This document shows positions 63,094-64,000 of a stretch of DNA of 64,000 nt, one piece after another. Each line of letters opens with the position of its first letter. Within the stretch, counting starts at the first letter, position 1. This DNA is from Lingula anatina. Lineage: Eukaryota > Animalia > Brachiopoda. The DNA lies in the NCBI GenBank assembly GCA_051362555.1, contig CM120644.1, positions 9,990,954 to 10,054,953 on the forward strand, given 5' to 3'. Under the pieces are notes generated by a model. It saw nothing but the letters and a program-made list of their open reading frames with translations, did no database searches and was not told the origin of the DNA. A program made the position numbers and the translations under genes.

Positions 63094-64000
63094 TTTGTTT
63101 TTCAAAAACGTTCCTTTGCCCTTCAATCAATGATCCAGTTTACTCTAACAACTAAATTTTATTTACATCGTGTATAGACCTTTTTCATCTTTTCCGGAAA
63201 TACGAAGTGCGCACCACAGGAACCGCGCGCCACAGGGGTCCTGATGGTCCTCTGCTGTTTCCAGCATGGCAATGCTAGGTGTAGATGATATACAAGGTGT
63301 GCATATAAAAAGGTCGTTTGCAGCTTGCACTGCTTTCTGTCAAACTAAAAAGGTGGCTGAAGCACAGAAATGCGTAAACTGTAGGCAAGAAAACAGCTAC
63401 TTGGACGGAGAATCAGTCAATTAAATGTTTTTTTCTCAGTTTAAATACGATGCGCTGTACAACTAGACTTCACCTAAGCGTCCGAGCCTTGGCTGCACTT
63501 TCAATAGTGATGACAAACTAAAGCTTCAGAGTTCTTTTAAATGCCTCCGATAATAAAGATATGCGAAAGAGACTCGTTATTTTTTTATATATATTAAATC
63601 AAAACAGCCAGTAGACTCGTACACAGCTTTCAAGAGTGTGGACAGGTGCGTAGGCCTACGTCTTCACAATATTACATGTATATATGCAAGCTGTGGCGAT
63701 ATCACCTCATTTACCGGCAGAATCAATTCATTGCGATTTTTATGTCTTGTTTGAAGGGTGTCTTAAGAGATTTTTGAAATGATAAAATGAAAAGATTCCC
63801 TGCATTGTTTGACTCGTACCTAAAAGTGACACGCAGATTGTTCGTCGGTGAACTGATTAAATCGTTTGGTACCTGATAAGGCATATCAGGTGTTACTTGT
63901 TCAATTGTTCAGTTAGGGGGCGGCCACAACTACGACCTTTCCTCTGTAATTAAAACCTTCTAATTTATAAGTGTTAAACAGGTGAGACAGGAATTCTCGA

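Noticed and set aside
1-64000. tRNA, rRNA, snRNA genes or autonomous transposon ORFs
   Set aside because: None recognised by eye; tRNAscan-SE, Infernal and RepeatMasker would be needed to exclude them formally.

Overview
AT-rich, intron-rich animal genomic DNA. The repeat families look invertebrate, probably lophotrochozoan such as a mollusc, but the taxon cannot be established from the sequence. I assembled exons by hand from GT-AG junctions with consistent phases. The result is (1) the 5' end of an unidentified minus-strand gene (ATG 14844, next exon 2864-2808) that runs off the left edge, (2) a five-exon DUF1295/steroid-5-alpha-reductase-like membrane protein (+), (3) HINFP (-), (4) SLC38A11 (-) with two candidate first coding exons, (5) single-coding-exon POP7/Rpp20 (+), and (6) two tandem paralogous four-exon genes (-) encoding signal peptide + two non-canonical V-type Ig domains + a GPI-like tail. 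Mobile DNA includes a 4.9 kb TGTAACG...CGTTACA element with an ATAT target duplication that carries two ~100 bp satellite arrays, nested non-autonomous Helentron-like elements in SLC38A11 introns, hAT and PIF/Harbinger-type MITEs, and a degenerate Penelope-type hammerhead. The most notable observations are the divergent Ig pair with re-wired cysteines, the giant satellite-bearing solo-LTR-like element, and repeated tandem amplification of exon-intron junctions. No database searches were possible; most short ORFs in the supplied track are spurious.
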